Source of the DNA: the human T2T-CHM13v2.0 reference genome, Homo sapiens
Strand: one strand, 5' to 3'
NCBI RefSeq assembly: GCF_009914755.1
Contig: NC_060936.1
DNA: 64,000 bases
Shown here: positions 15,490-29,439 of the stretch, piece by piece
Layout: every line of letters starts with the position of its first letter
Numbering within the stretch: the stretch's first letter is position 1
Program-made: the position numbers and the translations under genes
Notes under the pieces: generated by a model
Seen by the model: the letters and a program-made list of their open reading frames with translations, nothing else
Told to the model about the DNA's origin: nothing
The model's database searches: none

Positions 15490-15785
15490 ATTTTATTTTG
15501 TTTATTATTATTATTTTTTGAGATGGACTCTTCTCGCCCAGGCTGGAGTGTAATTGCGCAATCTCGGCTCACTACAACCTCTGGCTCTCGGGTTCAAGAG
15601 ATTCTCCTGCCTCAGCCTCCTGAGTAGCTGGGATTACAGGCATGTGCCATGCCTGGTTAATTTTTTATTTTTAGTAGAGACGAGACAGGGTTTCTCCATG
15701 TTGGTCAGGCTGGTCTCGAACTCCCAGCCTCAGGTGATCTGTTCCAAAGTGCTGGGATTACAGGTGTGAGCCACTGCACCTGGCC
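15490..15785 (-). mobile_element. AluS with small internal deletions
   Basis: Alu consensus; TSD TGAGCCTGGAT. Confidence 0.93.
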
Positions 15786-16308
15786 TGAGCCTGGATATTG
15801 ATGTGAGGTTCCTCCTGGCTGAAACTCCAGCCAGTGCAAATGCACAGAAGACAGAGGTACATTGATGGAACAGTGGGAAGTCGAGTGTGGCTGTAGAGGA
15901 GTGAGCAAGGGTACCCCATGGGGGAGAATAGCCCATAGGGCTTTGCAATACTGGTGCATACTCGGATTCTCAACTTCAAGTGGAATGGAAGCCATGGGAG
16001 GGTTTTGAACAGAAGAGAAGCTCAGTGAGACTTACGCTTTAACGAGGTTACTCTGGTTGCTGATGGAGAACAAATTGCAGGAGGCAGCACAGGTGCAAAG
16101 CAAAAAGAGCCATTAGGAGATAGAGTGATAACACAGAAGAGGGATGGTGGCACAGGGCAGGCTGGCGGCAATTCAGGCAGGTCCAGCAGGAGTTTTGAAA
16201 TATTGGATGTGGGGCATGAAGATAAAAAGAGGAGTCAAGGATGGTTCTAAGACTTCTGCCCTGAGCAACTCACAGGTGGAGGGATACTTAATGGGATGGA
16301 GAAGGCGA

Positions 16309-16312
<4 letters not shown>

Positions 16313-16353
<41 letters not shown>
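16313..16353. repeat. (TG)20 microsatellite
   Basis: Pure TG run. Confidence 0.97.
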
Positions 16354-16356
<3 letters not shown>

Positions 16357-16776
16357 ACTGCAGTTCAGCTTTTGACATATTCAGTTTGAGATATTTATGA
16401 GACATCCGATACTGATCAAAGGGTAGGCAATGGGGTAACAACTCATCCTTACGAACTAACTCAGTGTTGCTGGACTTATCACTGGGAAGAAGAAACGGGA
16501 GCCCTTCATGGTTGCCAGGAGGGTCTCAAGTACAAGAACTGCTCACCTCCAGCTGGACACTACAGAATCCTTCTCTGAGAGTCGATAATCTTGCACTTAG
16601 ATGTGGGACATGAGGATAAAAAGAGGAGTCATAGATAGTTCTAAGACTTCTGCATTGGCAGAAGGTGAGGGGACCACAGCCTTAAATATAAGTCTCTCGA
16701 ATGACTTTAGGCAGTTCCTTGTCCCTTCCTCTTTCCTTTCCTTCGGCTTTCTTTCTGTCCCTCCTTTCTTCCTTAG

Positions 16777-17192
<416 letters not shown>

Positions 17193-17669
17193 CTCTCTTA
17201 GTTCTTTTGGCCCAATGCAAGAGTCAGATACTAAACACATAATTACACATAATTACACATGGGGCTATAATCACAAAATAAACACATAATTACACATGGG
17301 GCTAAGGTATGGTAGGACCATCCAAGGTACTGTAAGAAAGATGTAAGAGATGAGTTAGCTTTGATTCAGGCTAGGAATTCTTCGACTGAACAAGTCAATA
17401 TCAAATTAAAATGTGAAGAATTAGAAACTGGCAACCAGGTTAAGAATGAACAAAGAGCATTTCAGGCAGAGGGAACCACGTATGTGTGGGGGCACAAGCA
17501 CAGGGGGAAGATTGGCAGGTCCCTAAGAATCTCATTCAACTTTCTTTCAGGGTTTGTCCCAGATATTTTAAGTAGTTTATGTACCTTCAGAGAAAAAAGT
17601 GGGATTCAAGACATAGTGGAATTCAATTGGGAAAAATAATTATTTGTAAAATCTGGATTATTGACCTCT

Positions 17670-17970
17670 TTTTTTTCCCTAAAATTTTAAATTCTGATTC
17701 ATTTGCAAATTTACATGGAAGTTTCAAGGGCAGTACAAAGAATTCCTGAATAAGATCTCTCAGACTTATTAACATTTTTTCTCATATGTTTTATCTCTCT
17801 TTCTCCATATAGGTAGGTGTGTGCACATGTGTATGTTTATATATGTATATTCTGACCCATTTAGTAGCAAGTTGCAAAAAGCATACTTCAGTATGTGTTT
17901 TCTAAGCACAAGGGTATAATTTTCCCTAACCACACTGTAACAATCAAAATCAGGAAGAATACGCATATTA
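17670..17970 (-). mobile_element. Old L1M (MC/MD-like) 3' fragment
   Basis: AAATTTACATGGAAGT...AGTACAAAGAATTCC...AATCAAAATCAGGAA. Confidence 0.6.
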
Positions 17971-18854
17971 CCAAATTAGACACTGACTTTAGGCTGATAG
18001 GATGGTGTTACCATGGATAAGTGTTTTGTAAATGTCTCACCTCACTTTTCTTCTCTCTACGGCCAGTGGGGAGCCTGCTGGTGGGAGAGGTGGCGATTCT
18101 TAGGGCCTCAGATTCCATCTGCACATCCTCTGCAGCCTGAGCCTGCCTCTTATGCTTGTCTGCAATGGGCTGTTACCAGGTGGAATACATCCCTTCCCAT
18201 GAACTATCTCCTTTTCCTTCTACAGGATAAAGGATGGAAGCATTTAAATAAATCTTTTGGGTACCAGCGGGACTGAGGAACCTGTGTTGACAGGCTTGGT
18301 GGATGCTGAGCTGCTCCTAACCAATTGGGATTTTGCTTTTAACTTAACCAAGGGGATAAGGCCAATTAAGTTCCTTTCTGTCCCTGTCTGCGTCTCTGTC
18401 TCTGTCTCTACTACTGTGTGTGTGTGTGTGTGTGTATGTGTGTTTGTGTGTCCTGTCTTCTTTGTTTACCCTTAATTTGGGAAAGAAAGTATTATTACGT
18501 TGCCCATTTTTCTCTCTCTACATCCCACAAAAATTTAGTTGCATGAAGACTGGGGTTCCAAGCACTTTGCTCACTGCGTATTCCCAGGGCCTGTCACCTA
18601 ATACAAGCCCAATAAATGATTGTTGAATGACTATATAAATGAATAAGCACATGGCATTCTATTCGAAGAGTTGCTTTTGCTCTTTGTAGAGGGTGCAGGG
18701 GTTGAAGGAATAAGGGCAAGACAGTTGGTGCCCATTGTCCAGGTACTCTCCTGGCTGGTGAACCCCATGACACAGGAAATGACGGGTGATGGAGGCTGTT
18801 CCTGGACATTGCATGAGTCAGAGGACTCCTGCCAAGTGCTCCTCTCTATCTTAG

Positions 18855-19229
<375 letters not shown>

Positions 19230-20639
19230 TGAATGTCATTTTAAAAGCTTCTTTCCTGCTTCATGTGGATAGAGATTTGCATTCATCCCTCCTCATATTA
19301 ATTTTGCATTATGGGTGGGGATGAAGAAGAGCATTGTCCCTAAAGCGAGTGTCTTCAATCTGTTTATAATTCATCTCTCAGCCAGGGAGCAGAGTCCGTG
19401 TCACCTGAAGAGGCAGACGCTCCCCTGCCCTGGTGTCTGGAGGCAAGACGGCGCCAAGGCGGAGGCACGGGAGCATCTTTCATTCCTCCCCCCATGCTTG
19501 CTGCTTCATCAACATCAACGTCCTGCTGCCAGGGCTGATGAATGGCTCAGGAGCGTCACAGCTCGGTGGCTCTTATGCCACGTGCGCTGGCAGCTGTCAC
19601 TGCCGTCCTACCTGTGACCCACATGTGTCTTCCTGAAATGACTGAAAACAAGCTTTCCCCTCATATGTTGCTATCTTCTCAGAGTCAATCAGCAATGCTA
19701 ATCAAATCTGTGTGCTAAGCTAGGATTTTGGACCTTCTTACGTGAAGGCGCCTGAAATGAGGTCCCCTTTCCTGAAGGCTGACTGTTGTTTTGTCTCCAA
19801 TGAGTAACCCCAAGACTGTGCACAGTGAGCAAGAGGAAGGGGCAGAGGATGGAGGGTGGAGGTGGCATGTGAGCTGGGGTCCATCACACACTCAGGATTC
19901 TCTGTATGCAAATTTCATTCCCAATGCAATGGGTGTTGTTGAAGACTTTGAAGTTCAGGGGCAAAGTCTGATTTACTCTGTAAGGGGATTACTCTGGCAG
20001 AGGCTTGGGAGGATCTGGGGGCAATTGGGAGCTCTTGGAATTGTCAAGATAGGAGGAGATAGATGGTGGTGTGGACCAGGTTAACAGACATGGGGGGATG
20101 TGGACAAACCTGCTGATTATGAGTCTACAGTCTGCATTAGTAGCTGTGGGATTTGTCCCCCTTGCTGTTCATGGCTCTGCTGATCCTTTGGGTAATAGAG
20201 CTGATGGGACTTTTGTGGTTCAATCTCCTTGAGGAGCCCTTAGTAATCATTTGGCTTCTAGTAAGTTAACTCCAAATATTCCCAGATTATTCACACAACT
20301 GTGTATGGCCAGAGAAAAATGGCTTCTGCTGATGAAAACTGGAGTGTGAGCCGATTGAAGAAAACCTGCCCATTATCGAGTATTGATGACTGGAAAATAA
20401 TGGAAACAGAAGCCTTGGGGATGCTGAAAGGAGACAACAGTTCTTAAATCCCCCAAACTAGCTTTCTTAAAAGCAAAAGTATTCTAAAATTTTTGATAAT
20501 AGTTATAGCTAGCATTTATAGATTGCCTCCTGTCTACTAGGCACACTGCTTGTTTTTTCAGGTGGAAGAAAGTGATTATTAGGTCATTGTCTTAAGGCAA
20601 CTTACTGTCTTACTCCTTTGTCTTTGATTGCCTTTAGTT

Positions 20640-21290
20640 GTAGTGGCCAATTTCTAGTGAATGAGAAAGAAGTAGAATTATTCTGTGGGGATTTGGGAAA
20701 GCATTTGATTTGCTGGTAATGCTATCCTTTTCTGTCTTCCCCCTTCTTCTTGCCTTGAATACAGCAATGATAGCTGGGTTACAGCAGCCATCTTGTGACC
20801 ACGAGTCAAAGGGCCAAAAATCGAAAGTCTTGGTCCAGACATCACTGAGCCCCTGAGCCAACGCTAAAGTCTTTTGTTCCTAGACATCTTACTATATAAG
20901 GAAACTAGGCCGGGTGCGGTGGCTCACGCCTGTAATCCCTGCACTTTGGGAGGCGGAGGTGGGCAGATCACAAGGACAAGAGATCAAGAGCAGCCTGGCC
21001 AACACAGTGAAACCCCGTCTGTACTATAAATACAAAAATTAGCAGGACATGGTGGTGCTCGCCTGTAGTCCCAGCTACTTGGGAGGCTGAGGCAGGAGAA
21101 TTGCTTGAACCGGGAGGTGGAGGTTGCAGTGAGCCGAGATCATGCCACTACACTCCAGCCTGGGTGACAGAGCAAGACTCTGTCTCAAAAAAAAAAAAAA
21201 AAAAAAAAAGGAAACTAAACCTGTTTGTTGTTTAAGCTATTGCTGTCAGGTTTTATTACCCATAGCCAAAAGTATTCTTAACTGATGCAC
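20640..21290 (+). mobile_element. Old MLT1 (J/K-like) LTR split by Alu
   Basis: GCAGCCATCTTGTGACCA...TTGTTTAAGCTATTG...CTTAACTGATGCA. Confidence 0.6.
20908..21209 (+). mobile_element. AluS
   Basis: Full dimer; TSD AAGGAAACTA. Confidence 0.95.
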
Positions 21291-21771
21291 AAATGTTATC
21301 CCATTTAATCCACAAGTAAAACTTCCTTTGTTACAGAGGTGGGAATTGATGGTATTTACCATGGTTCAGCTTGTGAGTGGTAGAGCCACAATCTGTGCCC
21401 AGGTAAGACTAATCATTTTCATTTTACCATGTGGCCTCTCAAAAAAATGTCGGTCTCAGAGAATAAGTCCTTAATATAGCATGTTGTGGATTATTTAGAA
21501 AACTAGTCTAAAATGAAATAGAAATTAGCCATAATCCCACCTCCCAGAATTATGGACTATAATTTTTTGGGGGGGTAGACATAATCTTTTATATTTTTCT
21601 TATGTCAAGCTTAATATGGTGAGCTTATAGCACACACACAAACAGACACATGCACATACACACATGAACACACGCACACACTTAGCCCTCATAATTCTCT
21701 TGCAAGAGACAGCAATCATATTTATATGCATCCCCAAATTGCAACAAGTCCTAGTCCCTACCTAGTCACTT

Positions 21772-21876
21772 AAGAATTTAGCCACTTTATACTTTAAGTT
21801 CTAGGGTACATGTGCACAACGTGCAGGTTTGTTACATATAGTATAATAATAATAAAAAAAGAACTTAGCCACTTTA
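21772..21876 (+). mobile_element. Tiny 5'-inverted L1PA insertion (coordinates include TSDs)
   Basis: TSD AAGAA(T/C)TTAGCCACTTTA; inverted L1 3' end 21790-21839, then AGTATAATAATAATAAAAAA. Confidence 0.88.
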
Positions 21877-21889
21877 GATTTCCAGGGTT

Positions 21890-23420
21890 TTCTTTCTACA
21901 AAATCTCAGTGGGGCATCTCACCTGAGCCCACAAACTAGCCTTTATCTCTCACCAGCCACCATCCAGGAAGAGCCCATCACTGTCCCTGCTGACAGTGCC
22001 CATTATGAAAATACCAATGACTACACTTTTCCCCAAAGCTGTCAAGCTGCCTGTACATAGGATGCCCAAAGGGTGTTTGGGTCCTTCATAGAGACAGAGT
22101 CCCGAGCCCCCTCCCCAGCTTTCTACCACACTTGGACATCTCTTAGCAGATAGAGTCTCCATCCTTTCAGTTGCTCAGGTTATGAGCCTCCTGGTCACCT
22201 GGGACTCACTGCTTTTCCTTAGCCCACATCCATCCTGTCAGAATAACCTTTGGCTCTGCCTTCAAAGTATGTGTAGACTCTGACCATGCCTGTCGTAGGC
22301 CAAAAATGACCCTCCAAAAATGTCCCTCCAAAAATGTCTGTCATAACCCACAGAACATGTGAATATATTACCTTCTATGAAAAAAGGAGATTTGCAGATG
22401 TGATGAAGATCCTTGATATGGGCACAGTATCCTGTATTATCCAGGTGACCCAATGTAATCCCTAGTGTCCTTAGAGGAGGAAGGTAGGAGGGTCAAATCA
22501 GAGAAGGTGATGTGATGATAGAAACATAAGAGAGAGAGATGAGGGCAAGAATTAGAAGATGCTATCCTGCTGGCTTTGACAATGGAGGAGGGAGCCATAA
22601 ACCAAGGGATGCAGGCAGTCTCTTGTCTCTAGAAACTGGAAAAGGACAGAAAACAGATATTTCTTCAGAGCCTCCAGAGAGAATACAACCCTCCCAGCAC
22701 CTTGCCTTTAGGACTTCTTACCTCCAGAAATTTAATAGGAAATATTTGCATTGTTTTCAGCCACTGCTGGTGGTATTTCTTATAGCAGCAATAGGTCACT
22801 AATACAACATCTTACCCCTGCAACCACCACCACCTGGTCTGAATCCATCATCTCTCACTCGGATTCTGCGGCAGCCTCATAACTGATCTACTTTCTTCTA
22901 CTTTTCCCCTTTTCAGGGACAACGCAGCAGCCAGAATGATGCTTTGGAAATGGAAGTCTGATTATATCTTGCCTCTCTTCTGCTCAAACCTAATGGCTCC
23001 CCATTTTACTCTGAGTAAAAAGGCAGCATCCTTATCTTTGCTTCATAGGTGTTGCATCTCCCGTGGGCTGTACCTGCCTTCCCTTCCACCTGCCCTTGCC
23101 CTAAATGACTCCACTCCAGCCTTGCCAGCCTCCCAGCACTTTCTGGAATACACTAGGGTTTCTTCCATAGCACAGTCTTGAAATTTAACTTTCCCTTTGC
23201 AAGGCCAATAAATTCCCTCCGCAAAATCAAGTCTTAGCTAAATGTCATCTTTTCAATTAGGTTTTTCTCTACCCTGTTATTTAAAAATCACCCAAATGCT
23301 ATCAACACCCCTTCTCCCTGCCTTACTTCCTATTTTTATAGCACTTGTCACTTTCTAATATCCCTTAGAATTTAGTTGCTTATGCTGTATCATTTTCCTT
23401 CCATCAGAATATTCACAAGA
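21890..23420 (+). mobile_element. L2 split by MLT1D
   Basis: GGGCATCTCA...CAGTTGCTCAGG...GCAGCCAGAATGATGCTT...AAGTCTGATTAT. Confidence 0.75.
22291..22806 (+). mobile_element. MLT1C/D-type solo LTR
   Basis: TGTGAATATATTACCTT...GATTTGCAGATGTGAT...TTATAGCAGCAATAGG..ACTAATACA. Confidence 0.85.
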
Positions 23421-24482
23421 GAGATCTTTGTTTTTTTAACTAGCACATTCACATAAATGTATTTGATAAACAGCAGCCCTGTTTGTTCCCACAGCCACAC
23501 AAAGTGTTTGATGAAAACTGGCCTATTTGCTTTCCTGAAATAATTGGATTACTGAGAAAATGGAATGTAATTAATGTATGCACATATCTTAGAACGTATG
23601 TCTAGCACATGGTTACTGCACAATAAAAGTTAACTGTCATCTCTGTATTATTATAAAACGGGTCTTCTCTCTTCTAAATAGAGAAACTAAATTTAGTCCA
23701 GAGTCAGATGGGAAACGCATGCCAGCCCAGCCCCTCTCTATCATTGCACTGCCTCTGCCTGTCTTCCCTGCATCCAACCAAACAGCATCCTCCAGTTGCA
23801 AAAGGAAATCCGCAAAACGTGCATGTTCACGGGTGCAAGTGTTGCCACTTCCGTGCAGCATTTGCAGAGCAAGGCTGCCTATGCCTACCCCAGCTGGAGC
23901 AAGCTTCCAAGGAGAATATTATTCCAGCTTTATTATTTGTAGTATTATATAAAACCCATTTTACTGCAGCTATTAAAACAATCTGTGTAAACATAATTTT
24001 TACAGCTGAATGATACTCTAGCATATGGCTACACCATCATTTACTTATTTCTTTGTTGTTGAACATTTAGGATGTTCCTCGTTTTTTGTTATTATGAGCA
24101 GGGTGATGATATTCCTCCTTGAACATAAAATAGAAAGTCCTCCTGAGGGGAACTTTGAAGATGACATAAAAAGACTAAACTCGGCCATAACCATCTGTAG
24201 TAAAATGATTTGGCATAGCTGCGATGACACGTACCTTTTTAGGGGAAGGGCTTCACCAGGGTGCTGGGAATGAAGTCCTGGCCCCTCAAGGCCAGGTGTG
24301 ACTGCACTTAGATCCATGGAAAAGATGGCTTGGGAGATGGCATGTGGTGCAAGAGGGCAATCATCTCTTGGGTATGTCCACAGAGGCTTATTAATAATCA
24401 GGAGACACCATAAAGCCTTCATTCATGTATCTGTTTTACAAATATTTATTAAGCACCTACTATGGCCAACAGTAGTTCAGGT

Positions 24483-24672
24483 GGTGGTTCTAGAAGTGTG
24501 ATCCCTAGACCAGAAGCATCGATATCACCAGGGAACTTGCTAGAAATGAAAATTCTTGGGTACCACCTCAGATCTACTACATCAGAAACCCTAGGGATGG
24601 GGGCCTGACAATCTCTATTTTAACAAAGCTTCCATGGGATTCTGATACATGCTGAGGGTTTGAGGACAGTGG
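24483..24672. mobile_element. MER5A
   Basis: GTGGTTCT..AAGTGTGATCCCTAGACCAG...GGGAACTTGCTAGAAATG...TTTTAACAA...GATTCTGAT. Confidence 0.85.
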
Positions 24673-24687
24673 TTGTAAAATGTCCCG

Positions 24688-24991
24688 GGATTGGGCGTGG
24701 TGGCTCGCGCCTGCAATCCCAGCACTTTGGGAGGCCTAGTTGTGTGGATAACCTGAGGTCAGGGAGTTTGAGACCAGCCTGGCCAACATGGTGAAACCCA
24801 TTCTCTACTAAAAATACAAAACTTAGCCAGGTGTGGTGGCGGGCACTTGTAATCCCAGCTACTTGGGAGACTGAGGCAGGAGAATCACTTCAACCCCGGG
24901 AGGTGGAGGTTGCAGTGAGCCGAGATTGCACCACTGCACTCCAGCCTGGGGGACAAGAGCAAAACTCCATCTCCAAAAAAAAAAAAAAAAA
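24688..24991 (+). mobile_element. AluSq/Sp-like
   Basis: GACAAGAGCAAAACTCC tail junction; full dimer. Confidence 0.93.
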
Positions 24992-26420
24992 GTTCCAGGA
25001 TTACAGCAGTGGATAAGATCCCTGCTTTCTTTGAACTTACATTCTAAGGAAAGGAGATAGAGAATAAGCATGTATTTGAGTACATTCTAGTATATTGAGT
25101 GGTAAGTTTGAAGGAACAAAATAAAGCAGGGGTGTTTGAATGGATACATGGAGGAGAGGAAGGAGCAAGCCATTGGAAGAGAGGCCACAGCAAGCACTGA
25201 GGCATGCATAGATGGGATGGGTTGGCCAAATTCTGTGTCTCCACGTTGGACAATGGACTAGAGAGCTGGTTTGTCACCTCAGTGCTGCTGGTGGAGCAAC
25301 CTGCAATGGAGGGTGGGGACCCAGAGGTGGAGGGGGACCATGAATAGGGTGGGTCCTGGAGGAAGTCCCAGGAGGAGGGCACGGAACAGGTGTGTGCTTG
25401 TGTGTGTATGTGTGTGTGTGCACTTAATATTATTCTAACATTCCCAGGGAACTATGCATTAGCTCTCAGATCTGAAAACATTCTGAAAATATAAGCAGCA
25501 TTATGAGTAGATGAGCTTCTTCCCATGCTCCTCTTTTCTCTTCTTACTCAGCAACCTCGCTCAGGAAGAGAATGAAGAAGGGTGAGAAAACTCTGAAAAG
25601 CTCTGCTTAGCAGGATTAAAATAATTGATGATGTTTGAAATAGAGTCCAATTTACATCGTCATCAAAGAACCCAAGACGACCACTGTCTCTGCCTGCAGT
25701 TGTCAGGCGATGCAAGGACATTTTGTGACTGTTCCTAATATTGCCTCTTTCAGAGATCCTTTTTTTAAACGCCAAGAAGATGCTCATTAACATGAGAATC
25801 TTCCCTCAGCATTTGGTCAATCCATTAACACTTACTGAACATATTACCCCCAAACCTCTTCTCTATTACCAATCTGTCATCTTGGGAATGGAAGAGAGGC
25901 AACATGAGGGTACAGCCACCGCATGGAAATGTTTTGATGTGTGAAGGAGTTGCAACAAAAGTCTGAACGATATCAACTCATTTCTTTGGAAGGCACTATT
26001 ATTTTGGCTTTCTGTTAGAGTCTTGCTTTGATTGGCAGGGAAGTGTGCATGTCATTAAGTAGCATTTTGGAAAGGAGGAGAGATAATTAAGTACTTGAGG
26101 GTCATCCCCTGTGACTTCTCAAGTGTGAAGTGGTGAATTCTAACCTGGGACTGTCAAAGCATCTGCATTTGATGGTGGGAGGAACCACCTACCTGGTTTC
26201 CATTAGACCAGAACACTGTAGCAAGTAAGGGTCTTATCCTGTAAGCTTACAGCTAAAACTATATGGAAATAATTGATATTTCAGTTTTCCATGCAGAGAG
26301 ACTCTATGTGTGATCATATCTTTATATTTGGAAAAGGGAAAACAAAATCCCTTTCATTTTAATGTTGAATTTGGTCACTTTACATGGGCCTTGGACAGAA
26401 TTTAAAAGGTGCTAGATGTT

Positions 26421-26708
26421 GGCCAGGTGCGGTGGCTCAAGCCTGTAATCCCAGCACTTTGGGAGGCCGAGGCGGGTGGATCATGAGGTCAAGAGATCGA
26501 GACCTGGCTAACACAGTGAAATCCCATCTCTACTAAAAGTACAAAAAATTAGCCAGGCGTGGTGGCGGGTGCCTGTAGTCCCAGCTATTCGGGAGGCTGA
26601 GGCAAGAGAATGGTGTGAACCTGGGAGGCGGAGCTTTCAGTGAGCTGAGATCGTGCCACTGCACTGCAGACTGGGCGACAGAGTAAGACTCTGTCTCAAA
26701 AAAAAAAA
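26421..26708 (+). mobile_element. AluY-like
   Basis: GGCTAACAC, GAATGGTGTGAACC, GGAGCTT; degenerate TSD GTGCTA(G/C)ATGT. Confidence 0.93.
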
Positions 26709-28243
26709 TGTGCTACATGTCTCCCATGAGACAGTATCTGGAAAACACTTTGTGACACCTGTTAACATAAATACTTCACTGTTAACTGATTCCAGGAGTG
26801 TCCCTGAAACTGCCATGCCAAATAGGAGGATGGTGTAATGGAAAGTGATAATATGATGATTATTTGTCCCATCCCACCCTGTAGGTTACAACAAAAAGAG
26901 AGGGCCCAGTCTCCTTCTGATTTGTCTATGAGTTAGTCACAGACAGATGTTTACAAAAACAATGTGTTCTGTGGCCTTCATACTCTAGGGAAAGATGTTA
27001 CAACTTTAATTTAATGATAATTTATTTTTTAAGATTCTGGTTTCAATCAGCGTTTTTGAGATGGCATATATTTGACTGGAATGACTCAATATGAGTCTTA
27101 GCTAGGCAACTGAATTTTCCAGAGTGTACTATTAGGGTAGGAGAGAAGGAAGGTGGGGAAGACATGTTTAAGTAGGTGTAAAACTCAAATAAGGCCTCAC
27201 ATATAGTCACTTAACTTTATGTCAAAAGGCCATCATTATATTTTGGAGCATATGCTTTTAAAAATGCAATAATTAATTAAGCATATTAATTTGTTAAATG
27301 TAAGCACTTAAAATATTACACATTTTTTTGTTAGCTTTCTCAGATTTTAATGGATACAGAGACTTATAATAAAGCCCTGGTCGGGTTGTTCTGAGATGCG
27401 GCCCAGCCCTCTTTTCTGGAACTCTCACCTTTCCCAGCCTCTCTCCTATACCTCGCTCCACATTGGCCCCATTAACCCAAAATACTTCAATTAACCTTAT
27501 CCTTCCTGGAGCTGAACTAACAAACTCAATGCTGGTGGAGTGGCAGGGCTCCTTATACAGGTCACTAATAGTTTAATGCCCATTTCTGCCTTTAGGTTGT
27601 GAGCTCATTCTGTTCGGGGATCACATGTCAATTTCTTCATTATTGTGTCTCAGCATCTCTTATAAGACTGGCTCTGACATACGGTCATCTTTGAAAGTGG
27701 ATTCATAAGATCAAAGCACAGTCAAATTGAAAATTTTGGCATGATGCATCTTTGCAATCAATACAAATGAAAATGCAAATAGAAAAAATGACCATGCACA
27801 ACATGGTATGTTGTTAAGTCAATTTATTCTGTTCATTTGTGGCCAGCAGGCAACAGAAAAATAAGTGAGCTTCAACAGTAGCAGTTCCAGTTCCTTACAA
27901 AGATTTCTGAATAAAAATCTAAGCTTTGTTTGCTGGCTAAAAAAATGGAATCTTCTGTACTTGAAGGATGTTTTTAAGGAATTCTCCCTGTGCTCCCCTC
28001 ATTTTTCCCTCTTGCATGAACTCGTCCCTGCTGCTTCAGACCATGTTGACTCCTCCGTTATCTTAGCTCCTCTGCCAGCACTCAGATGGTAAAAGCTCTG
28101 GATTATCTCAAGGTGTTAACTCCAGGGTCTCAAGGGTCTCCAGGGACCCAGCAGATGATGTGAAATGTGACTGGGGACAGCTGCTCCTTATCCAGCTGAG
28201 AGCTGCCTTGTGGAGGTGCAGGGCTGGTGTCAGAGATCTCCAA

Positions 28244-29033
<790 letters not shown>

Positions 29034-29439
29034 AATTTTTAAAAATTCTATATCAGATCAATACAACTTGTCCCTTCATAGGCATCAGCCCTTGAGCCAC
29101 CTTTTCATTATCTCATTTATAGCCTTAATTTGTTTTCCATTTCTTTATGGTGAATCCAAGCAGAGTGAGCTCATTAAAGGCTGAAGCAGGCTCCCATTGC
29201 CTCTGAGCATTTTGTACCTTTCCTCCCTCTCCACACAACTGCATCTCGACCTGGGCCAAGCACAGGAGGTTAATAGGTACTGATTAGTTGGTTGATTGTT
29301 TCATTAAAAAGATAGTGCAGATGCTGCAACCTGGCAGCCCTTGAGCTGCCCTCAAATCATAGTCATGTTTCATCTGATCTGCACACAGCACAGGTGGCCC
29401 CTTGAATAGATTTGCAGTTTATTAGTCCATGACAGTTTC

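Larger units (their letters stand above)
15177..16440 (-). mobile_element. L2 (L2a-like), split by Alu and (TG)n
   Basis: ATTCATTAAACAAATACTTACTAAGCACCTACTATGT...GGAGGGTTTTGAACAGAAGAG...GAGGAGTCAAGGATG. Confidence 0.8.

Noticed and set aside
18200-18330. Strong splice acceptor CTCCTTTTCCTTCTACAG (18225)
   Set aside because: No good downstream donor, so no exon can be defined
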